Assembly: GCA_944389425.1 (NCBI GenBank)
Contig: CALXMH010000005.1
Location: forward strand, 7,166 to 39,165
Reading direction: 5' to 3'
Origin: an uncultured Clostridia bacterium
GTDB taxonomy: Bacteria; Bacillota; Clostridia; TANB77; CAG-508
DNA: 32,000 nt
Positions 1 through 8,658 of the stretch are shown here, piece by piece. The stretch's first letter is position 1; each line of letters starts with the position of its first letter. A program made the translations under genes and the position numbers. The notes under the pieces were generated by a model. That model made no database searches and was not told where the DNA came from. It worked only from the letters and a program-made list of their open reading frames with translations.

Positions 1-1
1 T

Positions 2-3000
2 TATGCACAAGGAATATTTTTTTACCTAAAAAATGTAAGAACACAAAAAGCTTGGAATATTGCAAAAACAGAAAGAATAAGTAAAAACGAAAAATACGAA
101 GTGCACTTTATGCCAGACACCTGTAAATTTATATCTAAGACAGAAAATTTAGAAACAAAATTAAAAATTGTAATATCACCAGATGAACCAGTAGAAATAA
201 GAAATTTACAAATAAAAAATACAGGCAAACAAGAAGAAATAATAGAAATATCATCAGTATTAGAACCGGTTCTTTCAAGTAAACAGCAAGAATATGCACA
301 TCCTGCGTTTAATAAATTATTTTTAAAATCTGAATATTTAGAAAAAACAGGAACAATATTAGTAAAAAGAAATAGTAGAGGAGAAAACTCAGATATATAT
401 TTAGGTGTAAATTTATATACAGAAGATGAGACAATTGGAGATTTAGAATATGAAATAGATAGAGCAAAATTATTAGGAAGAGGAAATACTAAAATTCCTC
501 AAATGATAGAAAATTCAACACCTTTTTCAAGAAATTTAGGAATAGTGCCAGATATAGAATTAGCCCTTAGACGTACAATGAAAATAAAACCAGGAGAAAA
601 AATTACAATAAATTTATTAATTGCAATATCAGAATCAAAAGATAAAATAGAAGAAAATATTTTAAAATATAAAAATCAAGAACATATAGAAAGAGCATTT
701 GAAATATCTAAAATAAGAGTAGAAGAAGAAACGCGTTATCTAGGAATAAAAGGAAAAGAAATAGAAAAATATCAAAAAATTTTATCTTTTATATTATTTC
801 AAAATCAAACTAAAAAGTTATATTTAAATAAAGTACAAAACCAAATGTATAAACAATCCGATTTATGGAAATATGGAATATCAGGAGATTTACCGATAAT
901 TTTACTAAAAATAAAAGATGTAAATGATATTTATGTAGTAGAGGATTTGCTTAAAGCATATGAGTATTTTAGGGCCAAAAATATTCAAATAGATTTGGTC
1001 ATATTAAACGAAGAAGAAAATATATACGAAAAATATGTGAAAGAAGGAATTGAAAGTAAAATACAAAATAAACAATTAGCATATCTTCAAAATATAAAAG
1101 GTGGAATTTATATATTAAATGAAAAAGAAATAGAAAATAAAGATTTACTAGAATTTAAAGCAAATATAATAATAGATGCGCATGAAGGTAATATTGACTC
1201 GATATTAAAATATATGGAAAAAGATTATATAGATAGTATAAAAAACATAGGAGAATTAGAGCCAACAGTAGTAGGAGAACAAATTGAAACACCAGGAAAA
1301 AGTTTTGAAGGAGAAAAATTAAAATATTTTAACGAATATGGTGGATTTTCAGAAAATGGAAGAGAATATATACTAAGAATAAATAAAAATAACAAATTAC
1401 CAACAACGTGGAGCCATGTAATTGCAAATGAAAACTTTGGAACAATAGTAACAGAAAATATGGGAGGATTTACATGGAGTAGAAATAGTAGGTTAAATAG
1501 ATTGAGTGCATGGAACAATAATCCAGTATTAGATACACCATCAGAAGCAATATATTTAAAAGATATAAAAAATGGAAAAGCATGGAGCCTAGGAGCTTTG
1601 CCAATGCCAGATGAAAATGATTATTTCGTAACATATGGATTTGGCTTTGCAAATTATGAGCATATTAGTAATAATTTACTTCAAAATATAAATGTATTTG
1701 TACCAAAAGAAGACAAAGTAAAATTAAATATTATTAAAATAAAAAATGTTTTACCAGATAAAAGGAAGTTAAAATTAGTTTATTATATAAAGCCCGTTTT
1801 GGGAGAAGATGAGATAAAAACAACAGGAAATATCTCACTAAAACGTGAGGGTAATGTTTTAATAGCTCAAAATTGCTATTTAGAAAATGTAGAAAAAAAC
1901 ATAGCATTTGTAAGTAGTTCTGAATATATAAAATCATTTACAGGAAGTAAAAAAAGCTTTATAGGTAATGGAAGTTTGGAAAATCCAGAGTCATTAAATA
2001 AAGTTAGCTTTGATGGAGAAAATTCAATAGGACAAACTCCTTGTATAGCAATGGAGATAGAAATTGAACTTGAAGAATTTGAGAGTAAAGAAATAGTATT
2101 AATGTTTGGAGAGGGAAAAGATTATAAAGAAATAACAAATTATACAGAAAAATATTCAAAACCAGAAAATGCACAAAAAGAATTACAAGATGTAAAACAA
2201 TTCTGGTTTGATAAATTAAATAATATTCAAGTAAAAACTCCAATTGAATCATTTAACATTATGCTAAATGGATGGGCAATGTATCAAACAATTGCGTGCA
2301 GATTATGGGCAAAATCTGGATTTTATCAATCTGGTGGAGCATATGGATTTAGAGACCAATTGCAAGATACATTAGGTGCAAAATTTATTGATACTAATTT
2401 AATGAAAAAACAGATATTAAAACATGCAAGACATCAATTTATAGAAGGAGATGTAGAACACTGGTGGCATGATGAAAGCCAAAAAGGAATAAGAACAAGG
2501 TTTTCAGATGATTTATTATGGCTTGTATATGTTACTAATGAATATATTAATTTCACAGGTGATTCCACTATATTAGACGAAGAAATACCATATCTAGCAG
2601 GACCAATACTAGAAGATGGAACAGATGAACATTATGATACTCATTTACAATCCGAAATAAATGAAAACCTATACTTGCATTGCAAAAGAGCAATTGATAA
2701 AGCATGCGATTTTGGAAAAAATAATTTGCCTAAAATTGGTTCAGGAGACTGGAATGATGGATTTAGTACAGTTGGAAATAAGGGCATAGGAGAAAGCGTA
2801 TGGCTTGGATTTTTCTTATATAATGTACTAGATGGATTTATTCCAATATGTAATTTAAAAGAAGATACAGAAGCTACTCAAAAATACAAAAAAATTATGA
2901 ATATGTTAAAACAGGCTTTAAATACTAATGCTTGGGATGGAAGATGGTATAAGAGAGCATATACTGACGATGGAAAAGTAATAGGAAGTATGCAAAACGA

Positions 3001-3709
3001 AGAAGCTAGAATTGATAGTATAGCACAAAGCTGGGCTGTTATTTCTGGCGCAGGAGAAGAAAATAAACAAAAAATTGCAATGGAAGAGGTAGAAAATCAA
3101 TTAATAGATGAAGAAAATTCTATTATTAAATTATTAGATCCACCTTTTGAAAAAGGTGATATAAATCCAGGGTATATTAAGTCTTATCTGCCAGGTGTAA
3201 GAGAAAATGGTGGACAATACACACATGCTGCAATATGGGTAGTTTGGGCTATGACTTTATTAAAACATGGAGATAAGGCAATTAAATACTATAAATATTT
3301 AACACCAATTGAACATTCTAGAACAAGAGAAATTGCTAACAAGTATAAAGTAGAACCATATGTTATTGTAGCAGATATGTATGGAACAGCAAATTTAATA
3401 GGTAGAGGTGGATGGACTTGGTATACAGGTTCTAGTTCATGGTATTTTAAAGTTGGAGTAGAAGAAATACTAGGACTTAAAGTTGAAAATGGTATGTTAA
3501 GTATTAATCCATGCATTGATTCTACTTGGAAAGAATATATGGTTAAATACAAATTTAAAAGTACTGTTTATAATATAAAAGTAAGAAATCCAAACAATAA
3601 GCAAACTGGAATTAGTTCATTCAAGCTAAATGGACAGGAGATAGAAAGCAAACAAATTAAGCTTATAGATGATGGAAGAATAAATGAGATTGAGGTTGTG
3701 ATGTTATAA
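2..3709 (+). CDS. GH94-family glycoside phosphorylase / cyclic beta-1,2-glucan synthase-like protein; C-terminal ~1235 aa, 5' end lies outside the window
   Basis: The frame of ORF 101..3709 stays open back to base 2, so M101 is not the true start. Motifs recalled for GH94 (formerly GT36): YGFRDQLQD, GSGDWNDGF, ENGGQYTHAA, NSRLNRLSAWNNNPV. TAA stop at 3707-3709. Confidence 0.8.
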   Translation, partial: YAQGIFFYLKNVRTQKAWNIAKTERISKNEKYEVHFMPDTCKFISKTENLETKLKIVISPDEPVEIRNLQIKNTGKQEEIIEISSVLEPVLSSKQQEYAHPAFNKLFLKSEYLEKTGTILVKRNSRGENSDIYLGVNLYTEDETIGDLEYEIDRAKLLGRGNTKIPQMIENSTPFSRNLGIVPDIELALRRTMKIKPGEKITINLLIAISESKDKIEENILKYKNQEHIERAFEISKIRVEEETRYLGIKGKEIEKYQKILSFILFQNQTKKLYLNKVQNQMYKQSDLWKYGISGDLPIILLKIKDVNDIYVVEDLLKAYEYFRAKNIQIDLVILNEEENIYEKYVKEGIESKIQNKQLAYLQNIKGGIYILNEKEIENKDLLEFKANIIIDAHEGNIDSILKYMEKDYIDSIKNIGELEPTVVGEQIETPGKSFEGEKLKYFNEYGGFSENGREYILRINKNNKLPTTWSHVIANENFGTIVTENMGGFTWSRNSRLNRLSAWNNNPVLDTPSEAIYLKDIKNGKAWSLGALPMPDENDYFVTYGFGFANYEHISNNLLQNINVFVPKEDKVKLNIIKIKNVLPDKRKLKLVYYIKPVLGEDEIKTTGNISLKREGNVLIAQNCYLENVEKNIAFVSSSEYIKSFTGSKKSFIGNGSLENPESLNKVSFDGENSIGQTPCIAMEIEIELEEFESKEIVLMFGEGKDYKEITNYTEKYSKPENAQKELQDVKQFWFDKLNNIQVKTPIESFNIMLNGWAMYQTIACRLWAKSGFYQSGGAYGFRDQLQDTLGAKFIDTNLMKKQILKHARHQFIEGDVEHWWHDESQKGIRTRFSDDLLWLVYVTNEYINFTGDSTILDEEIPYLAGPILEDGTDEHYDTHLQSEINENLYLHCKRAIDKACDFGKNNLPKIGSGDWNDGFSTVGNKGIGESVWLGFFLYNVLDGFIPICNLKEDTEATQKYKKIMNMLKQALNTNAWDGRWYKRAYTDDGKVIGSMQNEEARIDSIAQSWAVISGAGEENKQKIAMEEVENQLIDEENSIIKLLDPPFEKGDINPGYIKSYLPGVRENGGQYTHAAIWVVWAMTLLKHGDKAIKYYKYLTPIEHSRTREIANKYKVEPYVIVADMYGTANLIGRGGWTWYTGSSSWYFKVGVEEILGLKVENGMLSINPCIDSTWKEYMVKYKFKSTVYNIKVRNPNNKQTGISSFKLNGQEIESKQIKLIDDGRINEIEVVML

Positions 3710-3712
3710 GGG

Positions 3713-3741
3713 TGGACAAAATGTATATGATTGTATATAAT
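3713..3741 (+). promoter_or_regulatory. sigmaA-type promoter candidate: TGGACA, 17 nt spacer, TATAAT
   Basis: -35 TGGACA at 3713-3718 and -10 TATAAT at 3736-3741. The same hexamers and the same 17-nt spacing recur in copy 2 (8494..8522) although the spacer sequence differs. Confidence 0.45.
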
Positions 3742-3815
3742 ATATTTGTATAATGATAAGTTTAGAGAAGAGGGATTTACTATATGAATGGAAACGCTGA
3801 AAGCTGCATAGTTGT

Positions 3816-3834
3816 ACACACACACACACACACA
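3816..3834. repeat. Dinucleotide microsatellite A(CA)9
   Basis: Direct read: GTACACACACACACACACACAGG. The paralogous copy has (CA)8. Confidence 0.95.
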
Positions 3835-3884
3835 GGTAATTTATTAGAAAAAATAAACAGGAGAAATATATAGATTATATAAGG

Positions 3885-3925
3885 CATATGAACTTAGCTT
3901 GGTAGCTAGGTTTATGTGTCTTTTT
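3885..3925 (+). terminator. Intrinsic terminator inside element copy 1
   Basis: CATATGAACTTAGCT / AGCTAGGTTTATGTG form a 15-bp stem (including G-U pairs) with loop TGGT, followed by TCTTTTT. It also serves as the only terminator downstream of the GH94 gene. Confidence 0.65.
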
Positions 3926-3969
3926 GTGTTGAACTACGTGTGATTTTGTGAGTGGTTTTAAATATAGCC

Positions 3970-4156
3970 GCCGAGATAGGGCGTGGATTAAAATTTATTG
4001 CTCTCCTCGGCACGCCTGCGTGGTCTACAAACTCTAATAGAACATCAAACGAGCCTCTCGAAAGAACGCGCCCTCATTTAATGTTAATAAGAGTTTGTAC
4101 GACCACTCCGGCTACATTCGTCGCTCCATAAATTTTAATCCACGCCCTATCTCGGC
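3970..4156. repeat. Long GC-enriched inverted repeat / hairpin (variable module of element copy 1)
   Basis: Perfect 29-bp arms: 3970-3998 GCCGAGATAGGGCGTGGATTAAAATTTAT and its reverse complement at 4128-4156. An inner second stem pairs TGGTCTACAAACTCT with AGAGTTTGTACGACCA with one bulge. Much more GC-rich than the surroundings. Confidence 0.9.
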
Positions 4157-4296
4157 TCCTCTACAAAATAAAATTATTCATTATTAATTATTCACTATTC
4201 ATTAAATTTACAAAGTATCCGTATAGGGTTAGGAGTTTTTGAGGATAATATGATAAGATAGAAATATAAAGACAAAACGAAAGAGGTATGAGATAC

Positions 4297-5385
4297 ATGT
4301 TACAGAGAAAAAATGGAATAACATTAATAGCTTTAATAATAACAATAATAGTACTGTTAATATTAGCGGGAGTAGCGTTAGCTACTTTGACAGGTCAAGG
4401 CAATATAATAGGAAATGCAGAAAATGCAGTTGATAAGTATAATGAAGATGTAAAAAAAGAAGGATATATTTTAAATGAAATTGATAAATATTTAAATGAA
4501 TTACCAAAAGTATATCTTATTAATGAAGAGGCTGAAATCATAAATAAGGGAGATAGTATTAATGTTTCTTCTTATTTTAGAATTGAAGGTAGTGGAAATA
4601 TAACTGCTAAATATATTAATTTAAATGATAATAGTGAAATAATAGATACTTCTATGTTAGAAATGGGAACTTATACAATAAGATGTATAGCTACTAAAAA
4701 TTCAATTCATACTAGTTATGCAGATAAAGTTATAAATGTAGCAATTCCACTTGCAGATGTAGTGGAATTAGGAGATTATGTTGAATATGATGCAGGTGAT
4801 AAAGTTGTTACAATTACAACATCTGAAAGCGGATTATATTCACCAGACCAAACTTTTAACATTGCTGATTATAAAAATGGCTGGCAAGTACTACAAAATC
4901 AAGATAATATAATAAATTTAATATCTGCTGATTCTGTGAGTGACTTAATGATTTATAGTTTATCTGGTTGGCAAAATTATATAAATACTATAAATAAATT
5001 ATCAGCAGGATATGTAAATGAAGATTATGCTACACAAGGGAAAAGTATAGGAAATGCACTTGGGACTTTTGAAGAAGATATTAATTATATGAAGCAAGCT
5101 GGTGTAAATAATATTGGAAAGTTTTATTATTTAGCTTCAAACTATTATGTTCCAGATGGTGATGGATACTATTACTATTATATTAGGATTATAGAAGAAG
5201 ATGGAGAAAATAGATACTATACAGCTGGAAATACTGCAAGCTTGAATAATTTACCATATTCATCATGGAAAGATAGATCTTGGATTGTAACAAATGGTGT
5301 TAGACCAGTAATTACTTTAAAAGAAGGAATAAGAACAATCGGAGGAAATGGAGAGAAAGATACTCCGTGGATTTTAATTAAATAA
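4297..5385 (+). CDS. Prepilin-type (class III signal peptide-like) N-terminal domain protein with a large variable C-terminal domain
   Basis: N-terminus is MLQRKNG/ITLIALIITIIVLLILAGVALATL: a short basic leader ending in Gly, then a hydrophobic helix as in type IV pilins/pseudopilins, but with Ala instead of Glu at +5. The ATG at 4297 is about 10 nt from SD AAGAGG; the ORF-track ATG at 4288 is too close to it. TAA stop. Confidence 0.7.
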   Translation: MLQRKNGITLIALIITIIVLLILAGVALATLTGQGNIIGNAENAVDKYNEDVKKEGYILNEIDKYLNELPKVYLINEEAEIINKGDSINVSSYFRIEGSGNITAKYINLNDNSEIIDTSMLEMGTYTIRCIATKNSIHTSYADKVINVAIPLADVVELGDYVEYDAGDKVVTITTSESGLYSPDQTFNIADYKNGWQVLQNQDNIINLISADSVSDLMIYSLSGWQNYINTINKLSAGYVNEDYATQGKSIGNALGTFEEDINYMKQAGVNNIGKFYYLASNYYVPDGDGYYYYYIRIIEEDGENRYYTAGNTASLNNLPYSSWKDRSWIVTNGVRPVITLKEGIRTIGGNGEKDTPWILIK

Positions 5386-5402
5386 TGTAACAAAAATGTA
5401 AT

Positions 5403-5440
5403 AAAACATATTTCCTTAGAGGGGAATATGTTTTATTGTT
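5403..5440 (+). terminator. Intrinsic terminator after the pilin-like gene
   Basis: AAAACATATTTCC / GGAATATGTTTT stem with one bulge, followed by a T-rich run. Confidence 0.7.
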
Positions 5441-5545
5441 TTGACTAAAAGACTTTTTGTAATTTAATGTAAAAACAAAATGGCAAAACGATAAAAATGT
5501 ATTTAAATGGCTAAATTTTGGACATGGAGACATAAAAGGTGGCAT

Positions 5546-5574
5546 TTGACATTACTTTTTTTGAGATATAGAAT
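5546..5574 (+). promoter_or_regulatory. sigmaA-type promoter candidate for nrdDG: TTGACA, 17 nt, TAGAAT
   Basis: -35 TTGACA at 5546-5551 and -10 TAGAAT at 5569-5574, about 90 nt upstream of the nrdD ATG. Confidence 0.5.
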
Positions 5575-5663
5575 TAGAAAAGTTGATACAAATGATGCGA
5601 AATTCCTAGTGCTAAATGGGGAATTATAAAGTTTAACAAAATTTTATTTTTGGGGGTAATATT

Positions 5664-7961
5664 ATGCAGGTTATTAAAAGAGATGGAAGAGTAGCAGATT
5701 TTAATTTGGAGAGAATTATTAAAGCTATTACACTTGCTATGTCGCAAACACCAGGTGGAATAGATATTGATTTGGCAAATAAAGTTGCAAGTCAAGTTGA
5801 AAAGAGCTTGGAAGGCAAGATGCAAGCTAGTGTTTATGAAATTCAGGATTTAGTAGAGAAAAAGCTTATGGCATCTTCTAGAAAAGATGTTGCACAAAGT
5901 TATATTACCTATAGATATAATAGAGATGTTGCAAGAAAGTCTAAAACAAAAGAGGTCTTCTTAGATATTATAGGTGCTAAGGCAAATGATATTACAAGAG
6001 AAAATGCAAATATGAATGCAGATACACCTGCCGGAATGATGATGAAATTTGCAAGTGAGACTACAAAACCTTTTGTTGACGATTTTCTTTTATCACAAGA
6101 AGCAAGACAAGCTATAAAAGATGGCTTTATACATGTTCATGATAAAGATTATTATCCAACTAAGAGCTTAACATGTTTGCAACATCCATTAGATAAAATA
6201 TTAGAAAATGGATTTAAAGCAGGTCATGGGTCTTCAAGACCAGCTAAAAGAATTGAAACCGCAAGTATTTTAGGATGCATTTCTATGGAAACAGTACAAA
6301 ACGAAATGCATGGAGGACAAGCTATACCGGCTTTTGATTTTTATCTAGCACCATATGTTAGAAAAACATATATTGAAGAAGTAAAGAAAATAGAACAATT
6401 ACTAGATAAAGATTTATCTAAATTGTATGATGCTAAAATAAACGATTATATCAAAAAAGATTTAAAAGGCTTAAAAGATGAACAAAGGGATATGCAAGCG
6501 GCTATAAATTCAACAGTTGATAGAGTACATCAATCAATGGAAGCATTTATTCATAATATGAATACAATACATTCAAGAGGTGGAAATCAAGTTGTATTTA
6601 GTTCAATAAATTATGGAACAGATACATCAGCAGAAGGTAGATGTATTATAAGAGAGATATTACTTTCAACAGAAAGAGGAGTAGGAAATAACGAAACGCC
6701 AATATTCCCAATTCAAATTTGGAAGAAAAAACGTGGAGTTAATTATTTACCAGAAGATAAAAATTACGACTTATATAAATTGTCTTGCAAAGTTGCAGCA
6801 AAAAGATTTTTCCCAAATTATATAAATCTAGATGCAACATTTAATAGACATCCAAAATGGGATGAGAAAGACCCAAAAAGATATATTTATGAATGTGCAA
6901 CAATGGGATGTAGAACAAGAGTATTTAAAGATAGACATGGAGAAGATACATCAGTAGGAAGAGGAAATTTATCTTTTACAACAATGAATTTACCAGGATT
7001 GGCAATAGAAGCTGCATTAGAGGCACAAGAAAAAACAGGTGTAAAATTCGAACTAGGTAGAGGCTCAGAAACTAATATGACAGCAACTTACAAAAAGACT
7101 GTTAAGAAGATTTTTATGAATAAACTAGAAGAATACGCAGGAATAGTGGCAAGACAATTGTATGATAGATATAAATTTCAATGTACAGCATTAGCAAAAC
7201 AATTTCCATTATTAATGTCTGGTTTATGGGAAGATAGCGAAAAGTTAAAACCAAATGATGAAGTAGAACCAGTAATAAAACATGGAACACTTGGAGTTGG
7301 ATTTATTGGACTTGCAGAGGCATTAACAGTGCTTACAGGAAAACATCATGGAGAATCAGAAGAGTCTCAAAAATTAGGATTAGAAATAATAGGAGAGTTA
7401 CACGAATTAGTAGATGGTTTTGCTGAAAGATATGATCTTAATTATTCAGTTTTAGCTACACCAGCAGAAGGACTTTCAGGAAGGTTTACTAAAATAGATA
7501 AAAGAAAGTATGGAATTATTTTAGGAGTAACAGATAGGGAGTATTATACAAATAGTAATCATGTTCCTGTATGGTATAAATGCACCGCAGAGCAAAAAGC
7601 AAGAATAGAAGCACCATACCATGCTTTAACAGAAGGGGGACATATTTTCTACATAGAGTTAGATGGAGATGCAACACATAATCCAGATACAATAGAAGCA
7701 GTTGTTGATTTAATGGATAAATATAACATGGGCTATGGAAGTGTAAATCATACAAGAAGCAGATGTATGTCATGTGGATTTGAAAATGCAGATGCTAATT
7801 TAACAAAGTGTCCAGTTTGTGGCAGTGAAGATATAGATACAATTCAAAGAATTACAGGATATTTAGTAGGTACTACTTCTCGTTGGAATAGTGCAAAATT
7901 ATCTGAACTTAAAGATAGAGTTACACATATTGGTGGTAATGATGAAATAAAAGGAGCATAA
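5664..7961 (+). CDS. nrdD: Anaerobic ribonucleoside-triphosphate reductase (class III RNR)
   Basis: N-terminal ATP-cone (VIKRDGRVADFNLERI), C-terminal Zn ribbon CMSCG...CPVCG, and glycyl-radical motif RITGYLVG. SD GGGGG upstream. Followed by the activase gene. Confidence 0.95.
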   Translation: MQVIKRDGRVADFNLERIIKAITLAMSQTPGGIDIDLANKVASQVEKSLEGKMQASVYEIQDLVEKKLMASSRKDVAQSYITYRYNRDVARKSKTKEVFLDIIGAKANDITRENANMNADTPAGMMMKFASETTKPFVDDFLLSQEARQAIKDGFIHVHDKDYYPTKSLTCLQHPLDKILENGFKAGHGSSRPAKRIETASILGCISMETVQNEMHGGQAIPAFDFYLAPYVRKTYIEEVKKIEQLLDKDLSKLYDAKINDYIKKDLKGLKDEQRDMQAAINSTVDRVHQSMEAFIHNMNTIHSRGGNQVVFSSINYGTDTSAEGRCIIREILLSTERGVGNNETPIFPIQIWKKKRGVNYLPEDKNYDLYKLSCKVAAKRFFPNYINLDATFNRHPKWDEKDPKRYIYECATMGCRTRVFKDRHGEDTSVGRGNLSFTTMNLPGLAIEAALEAQEKTGVKFELGRGSETNMTATYKKTVKKIFMNKLEEYAGIVARQLYDRYKFQCTALAKQFPLLMSGLWEDSEKLKPNDEVEPVIKHGTLGVGFIGLAEALTVLTGKHHGESEESQKLGLEIIGELHELVDGFAERYDLNYSVLATPAEGLSGRFTKIDKRKYGIILGVTDREYYTNSNHVPVWYKCTAEQKARIEAPYHALTEGGHIFYIELDGDATHNPDTIEAVVDLMDKYNMGYGSVNHTRSRCMSCGFENADANLTKCPVCGSEDIDTIQRITGYLVGTTSRWNSAKLSELKDRVTHIGGNDEIKGA

Positions 7962-7974
7962 GGGGGCTTTTATT

Positions 7975-8478
7975 ATGAATATGGCAGGATTTTATGACGA
8001 AAGTATATCAAATGGACTTGGATGGAGAGCAGTGCTATTTGTAAGCGGATGTCCACATCATTGCCCAGGATGCCATAATAAAATAGCACAAGATTATAAT
8101 TATGGTACTAAATTTAACAAAGAAGAAATTGTAAATAGGATAATGGATAATTCTATTTTAAAGGGCGTGACTATAAGTGGAGGAGAGCCTCTTTGCAAAG
8201 AGAATATACCAGAGGTTTTAGATTTTATAAAAGAGATTAAAGAAAAAAGACCAGAATTTAATATTTGGTGTTATACTGGGTATACGTTAGAGCAGCTGGA
8301 AGAGAGGAAAGATAAAATAACAGATGAATGTTTAAATGAGATTGATGTTTTAGTAGACGGAAGATTTGTGGAGTCTAGAAAGGATCCTACATTGAAGTTT
8401 AGGGGGTCATCTAATCAGAGAATAATAGATATTCATAAGTCATTAATGCAAAAGCAGGTTGTTCAGTTGGCTGTTTAA
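7975..8478 (+). CDS. nrdG: Anaerobic RNR activating protein (radical SAM)
   Basis: The CPHHCPGCHN cluster matches the CxxxCxxC radical-SAM motif. Size is about 167 aa and it lies immediately downstream of nrdD. Confidence 0.9.
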   Translation: MNMAGFYDESISNGLGWRAVLFVSGCPHHCPGCHNKIAQDYNYGTKFNKEEIVNRIMDNSILKGVTISGGEPLCKENIPEVLDFIKEIKEKRPEFNIWCYTGYTLEQLEERKDKITDECLNEIDVLVDGRFVESRKDPTLKFRGSSNQRIIDIHKSLMQKQVVQLAV

Positions 8479-8493
8479 ATTTTGGAAAAAGTA

Positions 8494-8522
8494 TGGACAA
8501 GAGGATTTGTTTTGTATATAAT
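8494..8522 (+). promoter_or_regulatory. sigmaA-type promoter candidate: TGGACA, 17 nt, TATAAT (copy 2)
   Basis: -35 at 8494-8499 and -10 at 8517-8522. Hexamers and spacing are conserved with copy 1. Confidence 0.45.
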
Positions 8523-8592
8523 GTTTGAAGGAGATAGAAAAGAAACGAGGTTGAATGCAAATGAGGATAAACGCTGCAAGCCGCATGGTTGT

Positions 8593-8609
8593 ACACACAC
8601 ACACACACA
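8593..8609. repeat. Dinucleotide microsatellite A(CA)8
   Basis: Direct read. One CA unit shorter than copy 1. Confidence 0.95.
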
Positions 8610-8658
8610 GGTAGTTTGTTAGAGAAGTTAAATAGAAGGAATATATAGATTTATTAGA

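Larger units (their letters stand above)
3713..4287 (+). repeat. Paralogous modular intergenic element, copy 1: promoter-like module, (CA)9, terminator, 187-nt variable hairpin, conserved AT-rich 3' module ending at the SD of the pilin-like gene
   Basis: Aligns module by module with 8494..8975. The outer modules are near-identical. The central hairpin is unrelated in sequence but sits between the same scaffold words TAGCCGCC and GGCTNCTCTAC. Confidence 0.85.

Noticed and set aside
3568-3831. Minus-strand ORFs starting MCVCVYN.. at 3568..3831 and at 8411..8608, plus 8443..8661.
   Set aside because: They are produced by reading the (CA)n tract backwards. They overlap the 3' ends of GH94 and nrdG, have no SD, and their similarity is explained by the DNA-level repeat.
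3970-4156. Retron msr-msd interpretation of the conserved scaffold plus variable long hairpin (also 8746-8855).
   Set aside because: There is no reverse transcriptase gene anywhere in the window, and I could not find convincing a1/a2 flanking complementarity. It is kept only as an analogy.
3970-4156. Invertible promoter (inverton) flanked by the 29-bp and 26-bp inverted repeats upstream of a surface-protein gene.
   Set aside because: The two copies have completely different repeat arms, so they cannot share one invertase. I found no plausible -35/-10 pair in either orientation inside the flanked segments, and no recombinase gene is nearby. Read-pair analysis could still test it.
5441-5663. 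NrdR boxes or a cobalamin or other riboswitch in the nrdD leader.
   Set aside because: I could not find the paired 16-bp palindromic NrdR boxes or any conserved riboswitch core by eye. Only a promoter-like TTGACA-17-TAGAAT and a weak AATTCC/GGAATT hairpin are present.
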